DNA of 64,000 nucleotides from an uncultured archaeon (GTDB lineage Archaea > Asgardarchaeota > Lokiarchaeia > Sigyniarchaeales > SOKP01): the NCBI GenBank assembly GCA_964632315.1, contig CAZWEM010000001.1:64001-128000 (forward strand), given 5' to 3'. This document shows, in pieces, positions 19,740 to 29,812 of the stretch. How positions within the stretch are numbered: position 1 is the first letter of the stretch; each line of letters opens with the position of its first letter. The translations under genes and the position numbers were made by a program. The notes below the pieces were generated by a model. The model made no database searches, was not told the DNA's origin, and was given only the letters and a program-made list of their open reading frames with translations.

Positions 19740-21254
19740 ATGAAGATTGAAGATAAGATAGAAACCTTTAATTCTTTGCTTAAGAGAAGGGGATTTATAT
19801 GGGGTCCATCGCCGGAAATTTACGGTGGACTGGCAGGTTTCTATAGTTTTGGACCAGCTGGTACAGCATTGAAGAATGAAATTCTAACAAATTTTAGGAG
19901 AGAATTAAGATCTTATGGATTTGGTGAGGTAGAGTGCCCCACGATTATGCCAGAGATAGTATGGAAAGCCTCAGGGCATTTAGAAAGATTTATTGATCCT
20001 TTATTAAAATGTGAAAATTGTGGTTCACTTTTTAGAGCTGATAAATATCTCAGTGATGTGTTTCCGAATAAAATGATTGAAGGGATGTCTATTGAAAAGA
20101 TAGAAGAATTGGTTAAAAATGAATCAATTAAATGTCCAAAATGTGAGACTCAATTTAATAAAGTTGAAAAATATAATTTAATGTTAAAAACAAATTTAGG
20201 AATTGATGATGTAGCTTATCTAAGACCAGAAACAGCAACAACAACTTATTTACTGTTTAATCGCTTAGATCAAGATCTAAGAAGGCAATACCCAGTTAAA
20301 GTATTTCAATATGGAAAAGCTTACCGAAATGAGATCTCGCCAAGGCAACAAGTTTTAAGAATGAGAGCTTTTGATCAATTTGAGATACAACTGTTCATTG
20401 GAAAGGAGCAGGAACTGGATTTTGATGAATATAAAGAAGTCAAGTATGTTGAATTACCTTTATTAGATTGGAAATCACAAGAAAAACAGATAGAAAGTCC
20501 AAAAATGATCTCGTTAGAAAAAGCACTAAGTAAGGGAACGTTAAAGAAAGAAGCTTATGCTTATTGCCTTTTTTTATCTTATCATCTAACGCAAATTTTA
20601 GGATTCCCAAATGAAGTAATGAGATATAGACAACACTCTCCAGATGAGAGAGCTCATTATGCTGATGATGCTTGGGATTTAGAAATCAGCACTAATCAAT
20701 TCGGTTGGGTTGAAATTTGTGGAATTCACGATAGAACTAATTATGATCTGAAGCGACATGGAGAATATTCAAATACGAATTTCGAAATCGCAATGGGAAA
20801 AGACCCAAAGGTAAAAGAAGTTCCACAAATACTTGAAATTGCATTTGGTCCTGATAGAATTATTTACACTTTATTAGAAAATGCATTTTATGTTGATGAG
20901 ACGAAAGAAGGTAGTAAAACACAAAAAAGGATTGTATTACAATTAGCTCCAAGATTAGCTCCAAATACCGTAGCTGTATTTCCACTTAAAAGAAATGAAG
21001 AAAAAATTCGTTCACTAGCAATAAAAATTCATAAATCCCTTACCGATAATAAGATTAATTCTTTTTATGATGAAAAGGGAGCTATCGGGAAACTTTATCG
21101 TAGGCAGGACGAATTGGGCACTCCTTTCTGTATTACAGTTGATTATCAATCATTAGAAGATAATACAGTTACAATTAGATATAGAGATTCTATGCAACAA
21201 GAGCGAATTGCGATTTCAGAAATTGCAGAAATAATAATCGAAAAAACTCGATGA
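19740..21254 (+). CDS. glyS: Glycine--tRNA ligase (archaeal/eukaryotic alpha2 type)
   Basis: KRRGF..EIYGG, YLRPETA, RNEISPR, EIAFGPDR, YRRQDELGTPFCITVD anticodon domain. Confidence 0.97.
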   Translation: MKIEDKIETFNSLLKRRGFIWGPSPEIYGGLAGFYSFGPAGTALKNEILTNFRRELRSYGFGEVECPTIMPEIVWKASGHLERFIDPLLKCENCGSLFRADKYLSDVFPNKMIEGMSIEKIEELVKNESIKCPKCETQFNKVEKYNLMLKTNLGIDDVAYLRPETATTTYLLFNRLDQDLRRQYPVKVFQYGKAYRNEISPRQQVLRMRAFDQFEIQLFIGKEQELDFDEYKEVKYVELPLLDWKSQEKQIESPKMISLEKALSKGTLKKEAYAYCLFLSYHLTQILGFPNEVMRYRQHSPDERAHYADDAWDLEISTNQFGWVEICGIHDRTNYDLKRHGEYSNTNFEIAMGKDPKVKEVPQILEIAFGPDRIIYTLLENAFYVDETKEGSKTQKRIVLQLAPRLAPNTVAVFPLKRNEEKIRSLAIKIHKSLTDNKINSFYDEKGAIGKLYRRQDELGTPFCITVDYQSLEDNTVTIRYRDSMQQERIAISEIAEIIIEKTR

Positions 21255-21374
21255 AAACATTTACGATATCTCTAAAAAACTGTGAATTTCAGAAAAAAAT
21301 TTTAAAGAGAAGAAAATTTTTTTTAAGAATAATCAGAATTTAAAAAATAAATTATAAGATATTTATGTTTTAAA

Positions 21375-24158
21375 ATGAGAATCTATAAGACTACTAATCC
21401 TCTTTTAAAGAGGTATGGAAGAGATAATAAACTAAGAGTTGTAATAACTTTTTTATTTATGATTTGTATAATGACAAGCACATTTTATTTATTGTTTGAT
21501 TCTCATTTTAAAGCGAATATAAATGATAATAATGTTTTTAATAATGTAATTCAAGACAATGATTCTGATATGACCTTAAAACCGTCAGCCGGAATTGAAA
21601 TCTTTCAAGATCCTTTCACAACTAATTTTCAAGAGATGTTACAATTTTTTAATAATAAATTTAAAACAGGTCTAAATTTGGATGTTAACACCTATTTTAG
21701 GGAATCAAATGCTTCTGGAGTGATCACTAATCAGAATGTTTATCCAGTTGATACAATATTGTTATATAACACGTTGATGAGGGATCATCTAACAGCTGAA
21801 CAGACTTTTTCGAATTACTTAGCATTAAAGGACAGTAATTTTTGGTATGACAAAGGAGAATTCAATTATGGCTTTATAACATCCGTAGATAATTCAACTG
21901 GGCTTATAACTAATGACAGGAGATCTCTTATAGATAACTTGATGGCTATTACATTGTTAGTTGAAAATATTGGTACTGAAATTACTGCGATTAATCAAGA
22001 TGGAGTTTATCCAAAGGATTCAATAAACGAAATGTTTAATTTAATTAACTCATCACAATTTTGGGATTCAACTAATAATGGATTTGCTCAGTATAACACA
22101 ACAGATTTCTCTGAAAACAAATTCACAAAAAGTAATCTTTATGCAATACTCACTAATTTGCAAATCAGGAACTTATATGAAAGATTAAGTATAAACCCTG
22201 AAATTAAGGATAGAGCTTACTGGTTAGCAAATACCACGATGGAGACACTTTTACTCAATATGTGGGATGGTCAAGATTTAGGATTTTATTATAATGCAAA
22301 AAACGATTGGACGCCTAATTTAATAGGAAGTAAATTTAAATATTTGGATGTCAATGCTTTGGGAATCATCACATTAATTGATTATTGGTTAGAAACAGGA
22401 AAAAATAATGGATCGCTTTTACAAAAAGCAATTTCTACATTTGAAGAAATTGATGCAAACCTTTGGGATGCAACTTATAAAGCCTATCAATACGGGAGAG
22501 AGAGAACTTGGACGACTTCCTTCGCAGGAGGAAATAGAATCGAACTTAAAGCAAATTCACTGATGATGTTAGCTTGTTTGAAATTATTTGAAGTAACTGG
22601 AAATTTTACATTTTATGATAGAGCATTTCAGCTTCATTCAACCTTTGATAGCGATTTTTTCGATATTAATGCTTATTCAGAGTCAATTTATTCCCCTGTT
22701 AATGATACTAAAAACTTAAATTCTAATTTGAAGCTAGTTAAATCATATCTTCAGGCTTTTGAGATTTTTAATAACACAATTTTGGATGCAAACTTTAATA
22801 TTTCAACGGAAATCCCTAACTACATTTTTAATCAAGATAAATTAAATATTGAAAGCAAATATTTTGTAAACAATCCCGTGCAATATTATAATTATTCTAC
22901 AGGAAGTTATAAGATATTTAACTCGATCTACAATATTACATCAGCTGATATCACATATATATTGAAATATCCTAATGGAACTTTATTTGATACTAAAGAA
23001 AAAATAATTTCCGGTACTGAAACGGCATTTGAATATGATATTAATGAAACACTCACTATTGGCGATGGATATTATATTTATATTTATTCGAACTATACCT
23101 ATTTTGCCACAGCTCAGGTATTAAAACGGTTTAATATTATTTCGGGTTTAGATGATTTTCCTATTTTAAACTTACCAAGTACGATTTATCAAGGACCGGA
23201 ATATAACATAACTTTACCAGTAAACAACACTCGAAATCAAAATATAAATTTAACAGTTTCAATGGAAGGTTCAAATATAATTTCTGAATCTAAGGTTGTT
23301 CAATTTACAAGGTTTATTTTAACAAATATTTCATTTACTCTTGAAGCGAAACTTGGAGCTACAATTGGGCTGCAGAATATTAGTTTTACTTTTAAGGATG
23401 GGGATGTAATTTATTTAAAACTAGCTAAAACAATCAATATAGGTCATTCAATTGATTATAGTGAATTTCTCTATAAAAATCGCATTGTAAGTGGAGATAA
23501 AATTCAAGTTATGTTTAATTTAATTAACTTTTTACCCAATACCACCCAATCATGCAATATAAGCTTTAGTGGACCAATGATCCAAAATATAAAACAAGAA
23601 ATTAATCTTGATCCAAATGAAAAGAGATCCTTATATTATGAATTAATTAGCCAAGAAAATATAATCCAAAATTCAATAACGGTAAAATTTGAAATATCTA
23701 AAGGCAATACAATCTTATATTCAAGAAATAGTGAAATTGAAATTTTGCCTGAATTAGAAATTTTAAGTGCAGCGTTCCCTGTATTAGTTTCTCAAGGTGA
23801 AAAGGCATCATTCATAATGATAATTTGGAACAATAGAGATAGCTCAATACCTTATTCATTATCCATTATCACGATAAACGGGGAATCAACTCATTCTGGG
23901 AGATTGGCACCTGGTGAGAATCGAATCCAAGCAGAGGTGGTACCGACTATTTTTCCTTATGATTTTTTCGATAAAACCTACATTTTTCAACTAAAAGATG
24001 ATTCTGGAGATATAATTACTCAATATTATTACACCGTTTCAATTGACGTATCTCCTACTAATATTCTCCTTTTTTATGTATTGCCAGTTGCAATCGCAAT
24101 AGGGATAATGCTTTACTATAAAAATAAAGAATTAAAACATAATCAATTAAGAAGGTGA
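21375..24158 (+). CDS. Large membrane-anchored surface glycoprotein with (alpha/alpha)6-barrel-like (GH76/AGE-like) and Ig-like regions
   Basis: N-terminal TM; recurring (L/F/M)WD..xGF(Y) helix-hairpin motifs; beta-rich C-half; many NxS/T sequons; C-terminal TM with basic tail. Confidence 0.75.
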   Translation: MRIYKTTNPLLKRYGRDNKLRVVITFLFMICIMTSTFYLLFDSHFKANINDNNVFNNVIQDNDSDMTLKPSAGIEIFQDPFTTNFQEMLQFFNNKFKTGLNLDVNTYFRESNASGVITNQNVYPVDTILLYNTLMRDHLTAEQTFSNYLALKDSNFWYDKGEFNYGFITSVDNSTGLITNDRRSLIDNLMAITLLVENIGTEITAINQDGVYPKDSINEMFNLINSSQFWDSTNNGFAQYNTTDFSENKFTKSNLYAILTNLQIRNLYERLSINPEIKDRAYWLANTTMETLLLNMWDGQDLGFYYNAKNDWTPNLIGSKFKYLDVNALGIITLIDYWLETGKNNGSLLQKAISTFEEIDANLWDATYKAYQYGRERTWTTSFAGGNRIELKANSLMMLACLKLFEVTGNFTFYDRAFQLHSTFDSDFFDINAYSESIYSPVNDTKNLNSNLKLVKSYLQAFEIFNNTILDANFNISTEIPNYIFNQDKLNIESKYFVNNPVQYYNYSTGSYKIFNSIYNITSADITYILKYPNGTLFDTKEKIISGTETAFEYDINETLTIGDGYYIYIYSNYTYFATAQVLKRFNIISGLDDFPILNLPSTIYQGPEYNITLPVNNTRNQNINLTVSMEGSNIISESKVVQFTRFILTNISFTLEAKLGATIGLQNISFTFKDGDVIYLKLAKTINIGHSIDYSEFLYKNRIVSGDKIQVMFNLINFLPNTTQSCNISFSGPMIQNIKQEINLDPNEKRSLYYELISQENIIQNSITVKFEISKGNTILYSRNSEIEILPELEILSAAFPVLVSQGEKASFIMIIWNNRDSSIPYSLSIITINGESTHSGRLAPGENRIQAEVVPTIFPYDFFDKTYIFQLKDDSGDIITQYYYTVSIDVSPTNILLFYVLPVAIAIGIMLYYKNKELKHNQLRR

Positions 24159-24165
24159 AAGAAAT

Positions 24166-25857
24166 ATGACAAAAATCAAATATATTGGGATATTTTTAAT
24201 CTGTTTATCATTTACTATAACTTTTTTGACGATTAAGTATAATGTAAACCAAAATTATGCACAATATGATGAAAATCCAGTTATAAATGATAAATTGAGG
24301 ATTGCTGATAATGAAATGAGCTTAAATTATTCAAAGATTTGGCAAAATGCCTCCTCAGCTTATCGACTTTTTGAAAGTGTAAAGTTTGAGGTAAACACTT
24401 CAGATTTTGTTGATGTGAATAAAACTATCATGCAAATTGAGATAGATGATAATTCGGTCAGAGAATATCAAATGGAAAGAGAAGTTGGGAATGATAATTT
24501 TACGTTTATTTATACCCCCGAGTACAATTTTCCTTTAGGATTTCATAAAGTTAGTTTTAAAATAATGGATGAATTAAATGTTCAATTAAATTCTCAAACG
24601 ACTAAAACTAATATTACCATAATGTCTAATTACTTAGCTAATGTAGAAAAGTATGAATATGCTAGAAATGAACAAGTATATGGGGAAATAATTGTAAATG
24701 ATTTTGGGAGTCATGATCTTGAATGGAAAGTAACGATAGTCGATAACAATACTGAAAACACATTATTTTATAGGAATCTTTTTGATTTAGGCATCAATAT
24801 CTCTCATTTCTATTTTAATATTAATGAAAGTTTTACAATTCCCGATCACATTTACTATGTAAAAGTAAATATGTCAGACACATTAAGTGATAAAATTGCA
24901 GCTACATATATTCCATTTAAAGTAAATAATTCCGTACCAGAAATAATTGAATCTTCTGTAGTTTTTTCTCATAGTACCTTAAAAAGAGTAGAAGAATGTC
25001 AAGTTAGTTTAAATGTAACTGATAATGATCCTCTTACTATTCCAGAAAACATTACTGTTACATTGAAATTAATTAATTCACTCGGAGAAGAATTATCTCC
25101 CATAATTTTAGATAATAATGGTGACTGGACTTTTAGTGGAACTTTTGAAATAGCTAAAAATCAACCTATAGGGCTTTATCGAGCTCGATTGGAAGCAGAT
25201 GATTCTTATGTGGGAGTTGGAATTTATACTAAAACGTTGAATATAACAAATAATTATCCAGAAATCAACGGTTATTGGATTAATGGCTTAACGACGCAAG
25301 AGCAAGTTGTCATTAAATACGGGGATGCTTTAATTTTCACATTTAATGTCTCAGATATAGAAGATACTTATCCAAAATATGTTACTGTGTCTCTTTTAAA
25401 TGAAGATAATAATTGGTATAATCTTTCAATCAAATATACCAATGGTGCTGAACTCGTTATTAGATCAGAAGATCTAGTATCGGGGGTCTGGTATGTATAT
25501 CTTTCTACTACTGATTCAAACGGAGCTACTACTCATCTTACATCAAATTATGGAGCGGGACCGAAAGAAATCAGGATCATACCTGATGAACTCTCTGGAA
25601 TTTTATCTTGGATAACATTATTCGTGGGTTTAGGCTTGGGAGCATTAATAGGAGTTGCAATATCTTATAAAATTATAAAAACAAGTTCAACTCAATCTCA
25701 GAAAGGTGCTTCAAAGAAAAAGGTTCCTTCGAAAAAGAAGCGTAAAAAAGAAAAATCAAGCGAAAAAGTTGAAGAAAAGGAGATTCCAACCAAAACTGAA
25801 GAACCTGAAAAAGAAATCACTGAGCCACAGAGAAAAATCAAAAGAAAATTAGCTTAA
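24166..25857 (+). CDS. Membrane-anchored Ig/cadherin-like repeat surface protein with K/E-rich cytoplasmic tail
   Basis: Signal/TM; repeats bounded by NNSVPEI and NNYPEI with NVTD/NVSD; GxxxG-rich TM; GGTGA upstream, 7-nt gap from previous gene. Confidence 0.75.
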   Translation: MTKIKYIGIFLICLSFTITFLTIKYNVNQNYAQYDENPVINDKLRIADNEMSLNYSKIWQNASSAYRLFESVKFEVNTSDFVDVNKTIMQIEIDDNSVREYQMEREVGNDNFTFIYTPEYNFPLGFHKVSFKIMDELNVQLNSQTTKTNITIMSNYLANVEKYEYARNEQVYGEIIVNDFGSHDLEWKVTIVDNNTENTLFYRNLFDLGINISHFYFNINESFTIPDHIYYVKVNMSDTLSDKIAATYIPFKVNNSVPEIIESSVVFSHSTLKRVEECQVSLNVTDNDPLTIPENITVTLKLINSLGEELSPIILDNNGDWTFSGTFEIAKNQPIGLYRARLEADDSYVGVGIYTKTLNITNNYPEINGYWINGLTTQEQVVIKYGDALIFTFNVSDIEDTYPKYVTVSLLNEDNNWYNLSIKYTNGAELVIRSEDLVSGVWYVYLSTTDSNGATTHLTSNYGAGPKEIRIIPDELSGILSWITLFVGLGLGALIGVAISYKIIKTSSTQSQKGASKKKVPSKKKRKKEKSSEKVEEKEIPTKTEEPEKEITEPQRKIKRKLA

Positions 25858-25938
25858 CCTTTTTCAAATTACTTTTTTCTTTAATAGAGTATCTTTAAAA
25901 AGTAAAAAATATAGAATAAAAATATTAAGTATAATAAT

Positions 25939-26844
25939 TTAGATTATATCCAGTAACCTATATTGAAATTTGCCTAATTTTCCACCATAATTACCTGCGC
26001 TAATTCTATTAATACCATCAACTTTTACCGCAGCATGAATTCCTACTTTCATTGCCTCTCTTATTGAATCCTCTGTGGCTCCATCAAGAATAACTTCATA
26101 GACACAATTGTCTCCTTCTTTCAATTGAGAATTTTCTATCTTTGTTCTAAGCGTTGGGCATAAGGGATCGTTTGTTGAGGCATTGAGGAATGAATAATTT
26201 GAACCAACTTTACTACCAGATCTCGCAATCCCACCTGGAAATGGAGCAATCACATTTCCTATTCCTTTAATTGCTTCAATTGCAGCTTCCGCACTTTCCA
26301 ATCCGGCCTCTTGATTTTGTGCAACTATTAGAAAATTCCCTCCCGCAATTCCCTTACCAACTTTAAATGTACTTTGAACAAGAAATTCTCCATCCATCAC
26401 TGGAATTCTCCACGATTCAAATTGATATTTTTCTTCTTTTTCTTCGAATTTGTCTCCAAAAAACTTTAATTTATATCCTGTTTTAATTTCAAATTCTTTT
26501 TCAGCGTTTAAAGATCCATCTAATGCATCAAAACATGCTGTCGTTGGGCAAGTGAGAATACATTGTCCTACTCTATTTAATAACACAGCATCCATCTTAT
26601 CTTTCTTGGTTTTAAAAAACATTAATATGGCTCCAGGACGGTTATCTGGGGTTTGCTCTGGTGGAACCAGTAAATCAATACCTGCCTCAGCATCACAATG
26701 AATGGTGGATGTTCCATATCCTGAAGCTACATTAGCAGCAATATTAGCCCACTTTTCATTCATTGCCGTAACTAATATTCGAGTAAAAACCGCTCCAAAA
26801 GCTTCACAAAAAGTATCTTCGATCTCGACTCCATTCAATTCCAA
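25939..26844 (-). CDS. ftr: Formylmethanofuran--tetrahydromethanopterin formyltransferase
   Basis: NGVEIEDTFCEAF, TPDNRPG, RVGQCILTCPT, GGNF, SGSKVGS, SAGNYGGKLG; TTG start after GGAGTTGA. Confidence 0.97.
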   Translation of the reverse strand: MELNGVEIEDTFCEAFGAVFTRILVTAMNEKWANIAANVASGYGTSTIHCDAEAGIDLLVPPEQTPDNRPGAILMFFKTKKDKMDAVLLNRVGQCILTCPTTACFDALDGSLNAEKEFEIKTGYKLKFFGDKFEEKEEKYQFESWRIPVMDGEFLVQSTFKVGKGIAGGNFLIVAQNQEAGLESAEAAIEAIKGIGNVIAPFPGGIARSGSKVGSNYSFLNASTNDPLCPTLRTKIENSQLKEGDNCVYEVILDGATEDSIREAMKVGIHAAVKVDGINRISAGNYGGKLGKFQYRLLDII

Positions 26845-27038
26845 TTACTTTTTCAACTCCTTATAATTTTTAACTATTATTTCTGTAATACTTATAGATT
26901 TCAATAATATATAAAATTTTAAGCACTAATTTCTAACAAAATAAAGATTAAAATCTATATGGTTCATTTAATTCATTATTTTTAAACCATGAAAAATAAT
27001 AATAAATTGTTCAAAATTACAAATGAAAGTTGAAAAAA

Positions 27039-27884
27039 ATGTCTGAAAATAAAATATTAAATATTGGTATTCTAAAAAACGGTACAATTGGATCTTCGTT
27101 ACTTTTGGCATTTCTAATGGATGAAAGAGCCGAATCTACCAGAATAAATGTTAGAGAAGTAACTTCTGGAGCAAAAATGCATCCCCCAGAAGAATGCATT
27201 GAAACAATGAAAAAATTATTAGAATTTGAACCAGAATTGATCCTTATGTCAAGTCCTAATGCTGCTCTAAAAGGGCCAATGGCAGCTAGAGAAATGGCAA
27301 AGGAGGCTAACATTCCAACTATTGTTATTTCGGATGCTCCCGCTAAGAAAGCTGTTGATGAGATTAAAGAAAAGAACATGGGATATATTCTGGTAAATTG
27401 CGATAGTATGATTGGTGCTAGAAGGCCATTTTTAGATCCTATCGAGATGAGTTGCTTTAACTCAGATCTTTTAAAAGTTTTGGCGATTTCAGGTTCTCTT
27501 CAAGTGATTGCTCAGGAATTAAATAAAGTAATTATGGATATGTTAGAGGGTAAAAAACCAATATTACCACAAATTATAATCGATGCATCAAGGGCAGTAC
27601 AAGCTGCAAAATTCACTAATCCTTATGCTGAAGCAAAAGCTATAGCTGCATTTGAATTAGCATCATCAGTATCAAAAGTAACATCTAGAGCTTGTTTTGT
27701 ATTGAAAGAAAGAGAAGAATACATGCCATTATTAGCAGCAGCTCATGAAATGATGCGAACAGCAGCTTTAATGGGTGATCAAGCTAGAGAAATAGAGAAA
27801 TCGAATGACACAGTGATAAGAAGACCTCATCATGCGAAACAACATCTTCTAACAAAAACTAAGCTTCATGAAAAAGAAGCTTAA
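27039..27884 (+). CDS. mtd: F420-dependent methylene-H4MPT dehydrogenase
   Basis: GILKNGTIG, DERAE, SGAKM, SPNAALKGP, DSMIGARRPFLDPIEM, AAAHEMMR. Confidence 0.96.
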   Translation: MSENKILNIGILKNGTIGSSLLLAFLMDERAESTRINVREVTSGAKMHPPEECIETMKKLLEFEPELILMSSPNAALKGPMAAREMAKEANIPTIVISDAPAKKAVDEIKEKNMGYILVNCDSMIGARRPFLDPIEMSCFNSDLLKVLAISGSLQVIAQELNKVIMDMLEGKKPILPQIIIDASRAVQAAKFTNPYAEAKAIAAFELASSVSKVTSRACFVLKEREEYMPLLAAAHEMMRTAALMGDQAREIEKSNDTVIRRPHHAKQHLLTKTKLHEKEA

Positions 27885-27940
27885 TAAAATCATTATTGTT
27901 AATTTTTTATTTTTTTCCCAGATTTCAAGAATATTTATGT

Positions 27941-28891
27941 TTATTTGGTTTCTATATATTGCTTTAATTTATCATATTCTTTACCATTAAGAGTTTTAAT
28001 GACATTAGCAAATGCTTCTTGATTTTTACTTTTCGTAACCGCCATTAAAACAGTACCATTGCTGACTTCTTTTACTAATACATAACTTTCTCCGCTTTCA
28101 TATATAACAGTCGATAGCTCTAGGGGAGATATATCTGAATTTAATAATTCCATTATTTTTGTATATATTTGATAAATATTAGAATCCAAAGTACCGATTT
28201 CAAATTTCATAAACTGCAATGGTTTACTTTCAAACTTGCCTAAAGTTGAAGCAATCATTAATCCATCAGGTTGATTAAATAATAGATATTCGGATAATGT
28301 GTTAACTTTAAGTTCGTCAAGTAAATGTCTTATTTTGCCAAGTCGCTGAAGTGCTAATGTATTCTGTTGAATCTCAAAATCTAACACTTCAATAAGGCGG
28401 TGCTGAGCGCTTCCTTCTTTTACAGATACGGGAGTAAATGCAATCTTACTTTTAAGTTCGCTTGACAATTCTTTAACTAAAAGGTCATAAAGCTTATCCT
28501 CTTGCGAATTCTGTAAATCAATTTTATTCAATAAAACATAGACCTTATTGATCTGGGGACTAAATTCAAAAATGTATGTTAAAAATTTATCAAATATTTC
28601 TTTTACTCGTTCCTCGATGACAGCAGAATCAGCCATAAATATTGCAGTAGTAACCTCTGAAAAAACCAATTCTCTGTGAGATTCAGAAAAATATTTTTCC
28701 ATGTAATGCTCTTGTCCGCCTGCATCCCACACGTTTAATTCCATAATACCTCGAAATATGAAGTTCTCTCTTGAGATACTTTTAGTTGGTTTGAGATTTA
28801 AAACTTTCATAAAATTATATCCCAGGCATGTGGTTCTCATTAGACTGGTCTTTCCCGCATTTGCTGGTCCGAACAATAATATTTTAAAAAT
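27941..28891 (-). CDS. Rag/Gtr-like small GTPase with C-terminal roadblock-like domain
   Basis: KILLFGPANAGKTS, PT (G2), WDAGGQ, NKID, VSV; C-terminal LFNQPDGLMIAS...VLMAVT; beta1 lies upstream of TTG 28876, so ATT 28891 is proposed as start. Confidence 0.88.
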   Translation of the reverse strand: MFKILLFGPANAGKTSLMRTTCLGYNFMKVLNLKPTKSISRENFIFRGIMELNVWDAGGQEHYMEKYFSESHRELVFSEVTTAIFMADSAVIEERVKEIFDKFLTYIFEFSPQINKVYVLLNKIDLQNSQEDKLYDLLVKELSSELKSKIAFTPVSVKEGSAQHRLIEVLDFEIQQNTLALQRLGKIRHLLDELKVNTLSEYLLFNQPDGLMIASTLGKFESKPLQFMKFEIGTLDSNIYQIYTKIMELLNSDISPLELSTVIYESGESYVLVKEVSNGTVLMAVTKSKNQEAFANVIKTLNGKEYDKLKQYIETK

Positions 28892-29138
28892 TCTTCACCT
28901 TTTATCGACGAATAACGTATCTTTTAAAATGTAGATTTTGGTATAAAGTCATTTACTAATATATATATTTTTTATAATTGAAGGCTTATTTAATTTTTTC
29001 TAAAAATAACTCGAATTTCATATAAGATATTTAATATTTAAATTCCTTTAGTTTCTTTATCAATTGACGATTCAATTAAATATAATCTTTAATTACCATA
29101 AAATAATTTTTACAATATAATGATTAGATTTGAAAAAA

Positions 29139-29666
29139 ATGAATTTGGAAGAATACATTCGAAATGTCCCTAATTTTCCAATTGAAGGTATTCAGTTCAA
29201 AGATATTACAACATTAGCGAAAGATCCAGATGCTTTTAAAGAATCATGTGATCGTATTATAGACCATTTTAAGAATAAAGGGATAACTAAAGTAGCAGCA
29301 ATTGAGGCCCGTGGATATGTTTGGGGGGGTATAATCGCGTATCAATTAGGGGCTGGCTTTATATTGATTCGGAAGCCTGGAAAATTGCCCTATAAAACCT
29401 TTAGTGAAGAATATAAACTAGAATATGGAACTGACAAAATAGAAATGCATATCGATGCAATTGAGGAAGGAGAGAAAGTCCTTCTCTTTGACGATTTGTT
29501 AGCAACTGGAGGAACAGCAAAAGCAGCTTGTAATCTGATAGAAAAAGCAGGAGGGATAGTTGAAGGGATTGCATTTATTATCGAATTAACAGGTAGTCTT
29601 CATGGAAGAAAAAAGTTAGAAGGATATGACTTTTTAAGTTTGATCCCGATCGAAGTTGAGGAGTAA
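29139..29666 (+). CDS. apt: Adenine phosphoribosyltransferase
   Basis: PNFPIEGIQFKDIT, EARG, RKPGKLP, LEYG, DDLLATGGT. Confidence 0.96.
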   Translation: MNLEEYIRNVPNFPIEGIQFKDITTLAKDPDAFKESCDRIIDHFKNKGITKVAAIEARGYVWGGIIAYQLGAGFILIRKPGKLPYKTFSEEYKLEYGTDKIEMHIDAIEEGEKVLLFDDLLATGGTAKAACNLIEKAGGIVEGIAFIIELTGSLHGRKKLEGYDFLSLIPIEVEE

Positions 29667-29812
29667 ATCTCACTCAATTTTTTCTTGATTTTTCCTTTAA
29701 CGCCCATTTTTTTCCCAATACATCCTTATTAAACGGTAGACTTAAAATTTAAATAATTCACAGAACTTTATTTTCTCAATATTATATTATTTACAATTAT
29801 GGTGTAGATATA

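Noticed and set aside
21290-21325. A/T inverted repeat after glyS (and a similar one at 59870-59889)
   Set aside because: Made of homopolymer runs expected by chance at this AT content; at most terminator/promoter sequence.
28892-28900. In-frame TGA upstream of the Rag GTPase (likewise upstream of ESCRT-III) as possible selenocysteine
   Set aside because: The TGA is part of the SD-like GGTGA/GGAGTTGA, is not at a Cys-equivalent position, and no conserved sequence lies further upstream.
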